Under the pieces are notes generated by a model. That model was not told the origin of the DNA and made no database searches. It saw nothing but the letters and a program-made list of their open reading frames with translations. From a virus (lineage: Duplodnaviria; Caudoviricetes): a DNA stretch of 26,237 bases. The stretch lies in the IMG/VR virus record IMGVR_UViG_3300033076_000563, positions 1 through 26,237 of that record; one strand, written 5' to 3'. A program made the position numbers and the translations under genes. Shown here one piece after another: positions 5,893 to 14,222 of this stretch. Numbering within the stretch: position 1 is the stretch's first letter; every line of letters starts with the position of its first letter.

Positions 5893-6693
5893 ATGCAAAC
5901 TGCCGCTGAGTTTTTTACAAAGCAAGGGTTATTTGGAGTAAATGATTTAAATAAGTGGTGCACACATGGTTATGCCTATATAACGCCAATTGATAAAGAA
6001 AAAGTATTTAAATATTTATCAAACACACTATCAATAAAAAGACTAGAAGATGTTTTTGGAAATTCAGGCGCCTATGTATATGTCGGGGGTCATTTTGCTC
6101 ACAAAAGTGACCATTTAATAGTAACTAGTGTGAATTTTTTAGTCGGTGACTATAACATAGTTGGATGTGAGGTTAACGTTTTAGATTTTGAATGGATGTT
6201 TAATAAATATCCAGATAGCGGTTACTGGACATATAGTAATACTAAAGACCCCACAAAAGAAAGTATTGTTCTAATTAAGAGGACGGGGCATCGTAAATTT
6301 AAGAAAATTATAGAGGGGAACTATAATCTTCATTTCTTAAATATAACTGTTCCATATTTTAAAGCAATGCTAAATAGGAGTACTGTTGATTATGTGGGTG
6401 CGTTAGCTGATACTTATTACGCACATGTAGATCAAAAATTTCTAGATTATGAAAAATTCTTGATCTTTAATAAGGGTTTCCAATCAAACTCCACATTATC
6501 TGGAATTAAAGATAAGTATTTACATGTAGTCAACAAGGACTGGCTAATTACTCTAGGGCTAATGGGAACAACTAAATATGATTTATATTATAATGAAATT
6601 TTGGCCGCACATTTAGATGAGAACTTTAATCCTGTATTAATTAACATTCCATCATTAGCACAAGAGATTTCTGATCTTCCTAAAGGAATTTAA
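5893..6693 (+). CDS. Hypothetical protein within the amidoligase cluster
   Basis: About 266-aa ORF, in-frame ATG right after the upstream stop. Confidence 0.8.
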   Translation: MQTAAEFFTKQGLFGVNDLNKWCTHGYAYITPIDKEKVFKYLSNTLSIKRLEDVFGNSGAYVYVGGHFAHKSDHLIVTSVNFLVGDYNIVGCEVNVLDFEWMFNKYPDSGYWTYSNTKDPTKESIVLIKRTGHRKFKKIIEGNYNLHFLNITVPYFKAMLNRSTVDYVGALADTYYAHVDQKFLDYEKFLIFNKGFQSNSTLSGIKDKYLHVVNKDWLITLGLMGTTKYDLYYNEILAAHLDENFNPVLINIPSLAQEISDLPKGI

Positions 6694-6696
6694 AAG

Positions 6697-7863
6697 ATGA
6701 AGAAGTTTCGTGATATTTATAGTTTTACGCCAATACAAATAAAAAGAGTTACCGAGAATCTAAAATCTACAAAGTTAATCCATAGGTTTGTTACGTACAA
6801 ACCAAAGAACTTTGGTATTGTTGGTGTAGAGATTGAAGTTGAAGGAGTTCCTTGTAAAATAGGAAGTCCAGAAGACTATAAACCTATACATGCACCTGTT
6901 CCATATGCATGGGCAGGAAAAGAGGATGGAAGTCTTCGCAACTATGGTATTGAATATGTATCAGTTCCTATTCGTAATTGGGAATTACCAGTAGCTTTAG
7001 AATTATTAGCTCAACATCTTGAGGCTTGTCCAACACATGATTTCTCACCTCGCTGCGGTACTCATTTCCATGTAAATGTTCGAGATTTCACTGATGAAGA
7101 TTTAACATACTTCTTGATGTATTATATGATTTATGAGAAGTTCTTTTTTCATCTGGCTGGAAAGGAGCGCCTTAACAGTTATCATTGCGCCCCATTAACT
7201 CAGGTATATATTCGTGAGTATTTATTAGAGATTCTAGGTATTCCACAGAATGATGATGCATATGCTCACGCAGATAAGTTCTCTGGGTGGCATAAATATA
7301 CATCTCTAAACTTATCCTCTATCCCTCGATTTGGTACATTAGAAGTACGACTACTTCCAGGGGGTTATGATTGGAATAAATTATGTGAATTCGTGGACTT
7401 AATTTTACAACTTAGAAATTATATTATCAAAACGGATAAAAAAACTCTACGAGAAGATATTATTAACCTCAACAGTTACAGTAATTATTATACTTTAACT
7501 CTTAAAGTATTTAACGATTTATTTGCAGCATTACCGAAGTTAGATTATCATGCAACAATGAGAGATGCTGTATGTATAAGCAAAACATTATGTCATATTA
7601 TCGACGAAACTAACAAAGACAAAACACATGCTATAATCACAATTACTCAATTAAAAGGTTCGTATATTGAAGAAAAGTCCGTAGCATACCAGAGATATCT
7701 ACAAAAATGCAAAGCATTTGGGGCCGTTCAAAAACCTCAGAAACCTAAGAAAGTAATGACTACTGATGAAATGTTAAAGGCATTCTCAACGTCATCATCG
7801 TTTACAATTGATGAATATTATTCAAATCCAATTGATGTTGGAACTCCTGCGGGGAACGAATAA
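6697..7863 (+). CDS. Putative amidoligase (Amidoligase_2-type)
   Basis: GVEIEVE, EDGSLR, GIEYVS, CGTHFHVNV, KYTSLNL and GTLEVR motifs. Confidence 0.9.
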   Translation: MKKFRDIYSFTPIQIKRVTENLKSTKLIHRFVTYKPKNFGIVGVEIEVEGVPCKIGSPEDYKPIHAPVPYAWAGKEDGSLRNYGIEYVSVPIRNWELPVALELLAQHLEACPTHDFSPRCGTHFHVNVRDFTDEDLTYFLMYYMIYEKFFFHLAGKERLNSYHCAPLTQVYIREYLLEILGIPQNDDAYAHADKFSGWHKYTSLNLSSIPRFGTLEVRLLPGGYDWNKLCEFVDLILQLRNYIIKTDKKTLREDIINLNSYSNYYTLTLKVFNDLFAALPKLDYHATMRDAVCISKTLCHIIDETNKDKTHAIITITQLKGSYIEEKSVAYQRYLQKCKAFGAVQKPQKPKKVMTTDEMLKAFSTSSSFTIDEYYSNPIDVGTPAGNE

Positions 7864-7866
7864 ATC

Positions 7867-9567
7867 ATGTGTGGAATTGTTGGAGTAATTAATCATAGTA
7901 ACACAAAAGATTTAACCGGAAACCAATTAACCATATTTGAGGAACTTTTATTTGCTAATGAGCTTCGAGGGAAAGACAGTACTGGCATCATGTTAGGTAC
8001 AGACGCAGGGCGTGTACGTATCTTGAAACATGCACAACCGGCAAGTCGTTTTCTTAAAGAGGAACATTACCTTAAATGGTTTGATAAATATGTAGTTAAA
8101 AATAAAAATCATTGTATTTTTGGACATAATCGTCTAGCTACCGTAGGTAAGGTAACATCTAAAAATGCACATCCCTTTAATGAAGGGAATATCACCTTGA
8201 TGCACAATGGCTCGCATAAATCTGTATTCACAGAATTTAAAGATGATATTCCCGATAGTATTAAGGCAGATGTGGATAGTCATGCTGTAGCATATCTAAT
8301 TGATAAATATGGATTAGAGGAATATTTAAAGAAAAGTAAGACACTGCCGGAGGCTGCTTTTGTTTTCTTCGACGCAAAAGATAAATCTATTAACATCTAT
8401 AGGAATTATGCACGACCGTTAAATTTCTTTAAGGATTATCGTGGTGTATATTACATTGCATCCGAAGAACAGATGCTTAAATGGATTTTAGGAAGGAATA
8501 AAATTACTGGTAAGCTTGACGTAGAACAATTCAAGCCTTATCATCTATATAAAATGGGAATAGATGCAGATGAATTTACGGTAACAGAAATTAAGCATAC
8601 ATATAGTAATACTAATAATTATTATGATTCCGATTATGCTGGAAATCATGGCTTTGGTTTTTCCAGTGGATATCACCACAAATCTGCCAGCAATGGTGAT
8701 AATTATAAGTGGCGTAGTCCAGTAACTAAAGTAGAAGAAATTGGATGTAAAATAGCTAAAGATTTAGGAGAAATTATCCTAATCTTAGATGGCTCCTCTT
8801 ATATGAAGTGTGCACCAAACAACCAAGTTATGTATGTATCTTGGAATGAGTACAATAATATTTCACACGAACACAAGTCGTATATTGAGCCCGCAACCGT
8901 AGACGGACGTGAGGGAGTAAAGGAAGCAAAAGAAAAGAATGCTTATGTATTCAAGGAATGTAATAGCGTACCTTACGAATTTACACCCTATGGATTTATA
9001 AGAATTCTTCGTAATACTGAGAAAATTGAAACTATTTCTGAGCATTATTTCAAGAAAGGATTGCTTGAAAGTAAGCCTCTAGTTATTGTTAATGAGAAGC
9101 CTGCACAAGTAAAACAGGAGGGTTCCAAAAGAAGCACCAAATATCAAATGTTGGATGCGTTACATTTTAAACCTCCCGTTGATAAAACATATAATAGAGG
9201 GGATTTCATAGAATTCTTTGTGGAATCCCTGAATGTGATTGATAAGGAGGAATCTATTGTAAGAATTATAGGAACTAATCCAGAACTTGATAGCAATAAT
9301 TACGTTAATAATATTGTAGTGTCTATTAACTTAAAGAAGATGTTCGGTGAGGCTATGTCAGAGCATCAATTTCAGGAGATATTTCCAGCAGACTCCTTTA
9401 TGAGAGCTAAAATCTTATCTATTGTTGAGAGTATTCCCGATGAGAAGTCTCCAGGAAGGGAATACAAGATGTTTATTGACCCTACATCTATAGAGTATTT
9501 AGATGTTACAGAAGTTAAACCTGGAACAGATGGTTTTTGTTCCGTTACAGACTTGTTCACGAGGTAA
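7867..9567 (+). CDS. Class II (Ntn) glutamine amidotransferase with a long C-terminal extension
   Basis: N-terminal MCGIVG, then RGKDSTG, GHNRLAT, NAHPF, HNG and VDS motifs. Confidence 0.93.
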   Translation: MCGIVGVINHSNTKDLTGNQLTIFEELLFANELRGKDSTGIMLGTDAGRVRILKHAQPASRFLKEEHYLKWFDKYVVKNKNHCIFGHNRLATVGKVTSKNAHPFNEGNITLMHNGSHKSVFTEFKDDIPDSIKADVDSHAVAYLIDKYGLEEYLKKSKTLPEAAFVFFDAKDKSINIYRNYARPLNFFKDYRGVYYIASEEQMLKWILGRNKITGKLDVEQFKPYHLYKMGIDADEFTVTEIKHTYSNTNNYYDSDYAGNHGFGFSSGYHHKSASNGDNYKWRSPVTKVEEIGCKIAKDLGEIILILDGSSYMKCAPNNQVMYVSWNEYNNISHEHKSYIEPATVDGREGVKEAKEKNAYVFKECNSVPYEFTPYGFIRILRNTEKIETISEHYFKKGLLESKPLVIVNEKPAQVKQEGSKRSTKYQMLDALHFKPPVDKTYNRGDFIEFFVESLNVIDKEESIVRIIGTNPELDSNNYVNNIVVSINLKKMFGEAMSEHQFQEIFPADSFMRAKILSIVESIPDEKSPGREYKMFIDPTSIEYLDVTEVKPGTDGFCSVTDLFTR

Positions 9568-9569
9568 AT

Positions 9570-10265
9570 ATGCAAATTCAGATAATTAGCCATACGTCAC
9601 AGCCTTCCGAATCGGTAGAACGATTGGAGAAGGAATTAAACGTAGATAAGAAAGTAGTTATCCTTAACTACGGCAAGTGTGTATCAAAAATTAAGCAATA
9701 CGAGTTCTTTAAAACAGAACTTATTCCTCATCCGGAATGGACCACGTCATTAGGCAGTGCTATGCACTATCTAATTAATGGTGAGTGGAAGAAACTAGTA
9801 GCACGGCGTAGGATTAAGAGTCAAACTGGGAATGGAACAATGATCTTTACCGATGCATATTTAATGGAGAAAGAAGATGAATTAAATCCATTTAAAGTAT
9901 TTACCAAATACATCCCAAAGAAACGAGAGTTTCGTGTTAACATCTTCAAAGATACGATTGTTAACATTCGAGAGAAAGTGCGTAAAGCTGGAGCTACTGG
10001 TCTTACAGAAATTCGTAGCCAAAGTAATGGATATACTACTGTAAAGCTACAGAGCCCAGCACCAGCAGGTATTGAGGAGCTTGCATTACGTGCCTCTAAG
10101 GTATCATCTTCCGACTTCAAAGGTGTAGATATTGGCTATAACCAACTAAAGAATCTGTTGTTTGTCCTTGAGGTTAACAGTGGTCCTTCGATTGAGGGAT
10201 CGTCTGTTAAAGAGTATGCACAAGCTATTACTGAATTTGTTAAGGAGGTATCTAATAATGGTTAA
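9570..10265 (+). CDS. ATP-grasp enzyme (RimK-like)
   Basis: FTKYIPKKREFRV, GVDI and VLEVNSGPS motifs; GAGG precedes the ATG at 9570. Confidence 0.9.
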   Translation: MQIQIISHTSQPSESVERLEKELNVDKKVVILNYGKCVSKIKQYEFFKTELIPHPEWTTSLGSAMHYLINGEWKKLVARRRIKSQTGNGTMIFTDAYLMEKEDELNPFKVFTKYIPKKREFRVNIFKDTIVNIREKVRKAGATGLTEIRSQSNGYTTVKLQSPAPAGIEELALRASKVSSSDFKGVDIGYNQLKNLLFVLEVNSGPSIEGSSVKEYAQAITEFVKEVSNNG

Positions 10266-10944
10266 AGTTAACTTCGCAAAAGATAAGTATTACTCCGAGA
10301 TTTTTCAGATCACGGATGTTAAATTCTCTTTTGTTCACAAAGAGAACGACTCCACTTTTACGGAACTTTTTTGTCGTGCTAAGTGTCGTGATTTCCTCGG
10401 GGATGTAATCTATGGTGTTAAATACTCTATGCCTACTACCATATATGGATTTAAATGGGAGGGGGATAAACACACAATTGATCCGGATGCGTGTCGTTTG
10501 CTTGTACAATTTCCAGATAAATTGACAAAAAATATTTTCCTTTCTCAGAAAGATGAGTGGGGGATTCTTTGGAATATTATTGATGACATACAAGATAAAC
10601 CTCTATGTATCATCGTTGAGGCTGAACCGAAGTGGCAGGAACGTGTCTATATGATCTCACTTCTAACACTATTAATCAAGCTTTCTACATATAATGAGGA
10701 AGATCGTCCTCTTGCAGGGAATGAACTTACTTATATAAACCACTTACCAAATCTTCGTAAAATTATAGATAACCTGGATAAAATTCCCTATGTGAATGCT
10801 TCCGGGTACGAAAATGAAACTAAAGTAAGTATTGTTAAAATTCATGATCAATCTGGAGTAGTTTCTATTTTTGGTAATGGTCCATATATTAAAAATAATA
10901 ATGTTTATCGTGACTATGCTAAAGAGTTAGGTCTAGTAGCATGA
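10258..10944 (+). CDS. Hypothetical protein adjoining the amidoligase cluster
   Basis: Strong TAAGGAGG ribosome-binding site before the ATG at 10258; contains a CRDFLGD motif. Confidence 0.85.
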   Translation: MVKVNFAKDKYYSEIFQITDVKFSFVHKENDSTFTELFCRAKCRDFLGDVIYGVKYSMPTTIYGFKWEGDKHTIDPDACRLLVQFPDKLTKNIFLSQKDEWGILWNIIDDIQDKPLCIIVEAEPKWQERVYMISLLTLLIKLSTYNEEDRPLAGNELTYINHLPNLRKIIDNLDKIPYVNASGYENETKVSIVKIHDQSGVVSIFGNGPYIKNNNVYRDYAKELGLVA

Positions 10945-11150
10945 GTAGATGTAAAAGCTGCGATGTAATACTAACCGAGTCCGATCTTCGTCGAAAAGCA
11001 CCGATCTCCGGCGAATATATGGATTTATGTAAACGATGTAGTGATGTGGTAATTGCTGATTTATCGGAGGATATGGACGAAGATCACTACAAATCAAATG
11101 AGTTTGGGTGTATTCACTATGAAACCGAAGATAGAAGCGAGGATATATGA
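10941..11150 (+). CDS. Small Zn-finger-like protein with acidic tail
   Basis: CKSC...CKRC; ATGA coupling with the upstream gene. Confidence 0.75.
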   Translation: MSRCKSCDVILTESDLRRKAPISGEYMDLCKRCSDVVIADLSEDMDEDHYKSNEFGCIHYETEDRSEDI

Positions 11151-11418
11151 CAAACAAGGGCGACTCGTTGGACGTGGAAATAACTCTTACACTAAATCTC
11201 ACCCATTGCAAGCACGATATGCCGAACTCGTGGGACAATCCCAGCGAGTATTTCTTCACGCGGAAATTCAAGCAATCATACGGGCCAGAGGACGGGGATA
11301 TAAAATCATTGTTGAGAGACGCAATAAAGAAGGTTGCCTCAGAAATGCAAAACCATGCCCAATCTGTGAACTTGCAATTAAAGAAGCCGGAATCAAGTAC
11401 GTCGAATACAGCGTATAG
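11119..11418 (+). CDS. Cytidine/dCMP deaminase-superfamily protein
   Basis: GNN, HAE and PCPIC zinc-binding motifs; ends AGIKYVEYS. Confidence 0.85.
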   Translation: MKPKIEARIYDKQGRLVGRGNNSYTKSHPLQARYAELVGQSQRVFLHAEIQAIIRARGRGYKIIVERRNKEGCLRNAKPCPICELAIKEAGIKYVEYSV

Positions 11419-11512
11419 CGATCCGGAACATGGGTTTAACAATCCAGTTAGTATTGAGAAGATTGGAGCAGAAGTATACAACAAAGCTTTTAAATATAAC
11501 GAGGAGTGGTGA
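11147..11512 (+). CDS. Possible overprinted ORF overlapping the deaminase
   Basis: 121 aa; ATGA-coupled to the upstream stop, GAGGA upstream, and ends next to the following gene start. Confidence 0.3.
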   Translation: MTNKGDSLDVEITLTLNLTHCKHDMPNSWDNPSEYFFTRKFKQSYGPEDGDIKSLLRDAIKKVASEMQNHAQSVNLQLKKPESSTSNTAYSDPEHGFNNPVSIEKIGAEVYNKAFKYNEEW

Positions 11513-11514
11513 TT

Positions 11515-11715
11515 ATGAAATTTCCAGAGGGCTCGTATAACCAAAGACGTGCACAAGTTGAAAAAATATTGGAAGATTTAGGTATTGAATTGCAAATAGG
11601 TGGATGCGGTTGTTGTGGTTCCCCTTGGGTAGAGTTTAAATATAAAGGGGAACTTTTATTAGATGATGATAATGTATCATTGGAAACCAACAGTGTACAA
11701 AATCTATCACTTTGA
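11515..11715 (+). CDS. Hypothetical protein with GCGCCG motif
   Basis: GAGGAG ribosome-binding site. Confidence 0.75.
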   Translation: MKFPEGSYNQRRAQVEKILEDLGIELQIGGCGCCGSPWVEFKYKGELLLDDDNVSLETNSVQNLSL

Positions 11716-11736
11716 CCCACTGAAAAGGAGTTATAA

Positions 11737-11994
11737 ATGGACTGTAAAGACGGCGTTGTGGTTGCTGAACCATGTGTGGTTCCTACCTTATCCAAAGAGG
11801 AGTGCATGTTCTACGGAGACCCATTCTATGACACATGGGTCGGCTCCGGATACGGAGAATCCTACGCCACCATCCTACCCCATCAAATGATGAAGCTGCA
11901 TAAGGAGGGGAAAGCATACTATGATTCTAATCTGGACGTATTTTATGTTGATAGTGTGCGGTTTAATTTCGTCGGCGGAGGAGAGCAACGATGA
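11737..11994 (+). CDS. Hypothetical protein, 85 aa
   Basis: AAGGAG ribosome-binding site. Confidence 0.75.
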   Translation: MDCKDGVVVAEPCVVPTLSKEECMFYGDPFYDTWVGSGYGESYATILPHQMMKLHKEGKAYYDSNLDVFYVDSVRFNFVGGGEQR

Positions 11995-12314
11995 AAGTTC
12001 CATACATTGACTGTGGTGATGGTTGGCTTAAACTTATAGACCCCCTCATTGAAGAATGCAATAAACGTGGAGTGCATATTGCACAGATTAAAGAGAAGTT
12101 TGGTACTCTAAGATTCTATATTCATGGTGGTGATGAGGAGTTATATAATTTAATTGATAAAGCGGAAATGGAATCAGCCCATATTTGTGAAGTATGTGGT
12201 GATCCTGGTGAGTTCACTAGTTATGGATGGATTAAAACTCTGTGCCCACTCCATGCAAAGGAACGAGAGGCTCACTGGAAAGCAAGACAAGAAAGGATGA
12301 AACCACAACTATGA
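11991..12314 (+). CDS. Conserved phage hypothetical protein
   Basis: GW...QIKEKFGTLRFY...CEVCG...GWIKTLC pattern recalled from many phages; function unknown. Confidence 0.8.
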   Translation: MKVPYIDCGDGWLKLIDPLIEECNKRGVHIAQIKEKFGTLRFYIHGGDEELYNLIDKAEMESAHICEVCGDPGEFTSYGWIKTLCPLHAKEREAHWKARQERMKPQL

Positions 12315-12529
12315 AACTCTATGACGTACCGGGTAACAGTTTCGTTCGTATTCTAGATGAGAACACAAAAGTTCCCATCGTATCAAAAGAAACTCCGAAC
12401 GGAACTATTCTAAAGTTCCATCATGTTGACGGTATGTATAGTTATTGTCGAACAAAAGACGGTAACGTCATACATCCAGCAGCGTGGACAGAGGTGGAAA
12501 TTGTAGAGGGATTTGATGAACGATCTTGA
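12311..12529 (+). CDS. Hypothetical protein (MKLYDVP...)
   Basis: ATGA-coupled start at 12311. Confidence 0.75.
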   Translation: MKLYDVPGNSFVRILDENTKVPIVSKETPNGTILKFHHVDGMYSYCRTKDGNVIHPAAWTEVEIVEGFDERS

Positions 12530-12764
12530 GTATTATCATCAAGCATTAAAGGACGACCCTTCTGGTAATGTTTGTTCTTTTTGTGGTAAAGATAATGATT
12601 TTTGGGATGACTGTGGGTGGTTTTATATTAAACCTACTGTTACCATTGTAATAGAAGATGAGATAATTGTTTCACAGTTAGAGTTAGGGCCTTGTTGTAA
12701 GGCGTGTTGGAAAGGACCATTAGGACAGTCTCATATAAAAAGATATGGATTGAGTGAACGATGA
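12516..12764 (+). CDS. Hypothetical Cys-rich protein
   Basis: GAGG ribosome-binding site; CSFC...CKAC. Confidence 0.7.
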   Translation: MNDLEYYHQALKDDPSGNVCSFCGKDNDFWDDCGWFYIKPTVTIVIEDEIIVSQLELGPCCKACWKGPLGQSHIKRYGLSER

Positions 12765-13516
12765 ATGATGTACTATTCTTACACCACGAACCTTGTCCTC
12801 AATGTGGTTCCCGTGATAACTTAGGAGTATGGAGTGATGGACACAAATGGTGTTTTGGATGTAACTACTACGAGCCTGGGGGCGTTGAGAGCATTCGTTC
12901 GAGAATGGAGCAACAATCTGATCGAACATCCATTAGAACAGGAGTATCTTTACCATCTGACTATACAACCAGTATCCCAAAGCAAGGAAGAGATTGGTTA
13001 AAAAAGTATTACTTGACAGATAAAGAGATATATGATAATAGGATTGGTTGGTCCCAAACCGGGTGGTTTCTAACAAAGAAAGAGCAACAGATTGCTCCCC
13101 TTTTGATTCTACCCGTGTTTGGTGACAGCCAACTGCTTATGTGGCAAGGTCGCAATTTCGGCACAGTTGGGCCCAAGTACCTTACCTTCGGAAATAAAGC
13201 CGTATACGACGTTGTACGCGGTTCTAGAGGCATATCTGATTCGATATGTATCACCGAAGATAAGGTATCGGCTATCAAGGTGGGTCGATATGTGGATTCT
13301 ATGCCTGCCTATGGATCATTTCTCAACATGGAACAACTCATACATCTGTCTAAGGGGTATGATAACTTGCTTATTTGGTTGGATCATGATAAACTTAAGG
13401 AGTCACATAGGCTTGCGAAGAGGGCTGGATTTATGTTCAAGAATGTACGAGTGATTGATAGTCACTATGATCCGAAGGATTATATGGACGATGAGATTAA
13501 GGAGTATTTGCAATGA
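12761..13516 (+). CDS. DNA primase (T7 gp4-like Zn ribbon plus TOPRIM)
   Basis: CPQCGSRDNL...DGHKWCFGC, KY, ITEDKVSA, WLDHD and DPKD motifs. Confidence 0.92.
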   Translation: MNDVLFLHHEPCPQCGSRDNLGVWSDGHKWCFGCNYYEPGGVESIRSRMEQQSDRTSIRTGVSLPSDYTTSIPKQGRDWLKKYYLTDKEIYDNRIGWSQTGWFLTKKEQQIAPLLILPVFGDSQLLMWQGRNFGTVGPKYLTFGNKAVYDVVRGSRGISDSICITEDKVSAIKVGRYVDSMPAYGSFLNMEQLIHLSKGYDNLLIWLDHDKLKESHRLAKRAGFMFKNVRVIDSHYDPKDYMDDEIKEYLQ

Positions 13517-13719
13517 TTCAGACAGATAAATTTAGAGATACAAACGAAAGGTTTATATTTCAAGGAGGTAGTATGTTCGCTAAAAATATTGCAAATGAAA
13601 TAGACTATTTACGTTCCCGCGTCGCGGAACTGGAGGCGGCGCTGGAGGAGGCGCTGCGGCGCTACCGGGCGCTGCTGCCGGCGTGCAGGCCGAGGAGCTG
13701 CGCCGAGGAGGGTGCGTAA
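13513..13719 (+). CDS. Hypothetical chimeric protein with coiled-coil tail
   Basis: ATGA-coupled; AT-rich 5' half and GC-rich 3' half (LRSRVAELEAALE). Confidence 0.65.
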   Translation: MIQTDKFRDTNERFIFQGGSMFAKNIANEIDYLRSRVAELEAALEEALRRYRALLPACRPRSCAEEGA

Positions 13720-13915
13720 TGGCTTACCGTGATTACATCATCTGCCCCGAATGTGAATGCAAACTGATCTACGATGGCAGCGACGCTATTCGCGAAAACC
13801 TGGAGGAGCGGTGGGGAGACCCAAAGTTGTCCACGTACACGGTAAGCATTCTGTGTCCAGACTGCGTTGGGAAACTCCGCGCCCGCGTGGCGGAACTGGA
13901 GGAGGTGCTGGAGGA
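13616..13915 (+). repeat. 34-bp imperfect direct repeat (13616-13649 and 13882-13915)
   Basis: cccgcgtcgcggaactggaggcggcgctggagga versus cccgcgtggcggaactggaggaggtgctggagga, 31 of 34 identical. Confidence 0.85.
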
Positions 13916-14000
13916 TGTCCGCGACGATCTTGGAGAGGGTCTGAACATCAGTCCGGCCGCGAAAGATGCCGTCTTGACCGCACTGGAGACGAAGCCATGA
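13719..14000 (+). CDS. Hypothetical Zn-finger/coiled-coil protein, GC-rich
   Basis: GGAGG ribosome-binding site, TAATG coupling; CPEC...CPDC followed by LRARVAELE. Confidence 0.8.
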   Translation: MAYRDYIICPECECKLIYDGSDAIRENLEERWGDPKLSTYTVSILCPDCVGKLRARVAELEEVLEDVRDDLGEGLNISPAAKDAVLTALETKP

Positions 14001-14197
14001 AAGTATATATTACCTATGATGAGTGGTATCCGTTCCCCTTTATTGATTCTGTTGATGAGTTTGAAAAGAACTGGGGTTATCAATTAGATAATCCCAAAGA
14101 AATTACGGAGGATTTATATCTAGAATACAAAGCTGCCTATAAAGCTATGAAGAATGTGACAAGAAAAGTAGAAGAGGTTTATAAAGAGCCCACTTGA
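13997..14197 (+). CDS. Hypothetical protein, about 66 aa
   Basis: GGAG ribosome-binding site and ATGA coupling at 13997. Confidence 0.7.
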   Translation: MKVYITYDEWYPFPFIDSVDEFEKNWGYQLDNPKEITEDLYLEYKAAYKAMKNVTRKVEEVYKEPT

Positions 14198-14222
14198 CAA
14201 TGATAACTAAAGAATATATACT
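14194..14222 (+). promoter_or_regulatory. Near-consensus sigma70 promoter overlapping the helicase start
   Basis: TTGACA (14194-99), 17-nt spacer, TATACT (14217-22). Confidence 0.7.

Noticed and set aside
10933-11556. 207-aa minus-strand ORF
   Set aside because: Antisense to motif-bearing + strand genes in a uniformly + strand operon.
13013-13039. TTGACA inside the primase gene as a promoter
   Set aside because: No good -10 element at 16-18 nt spacing.
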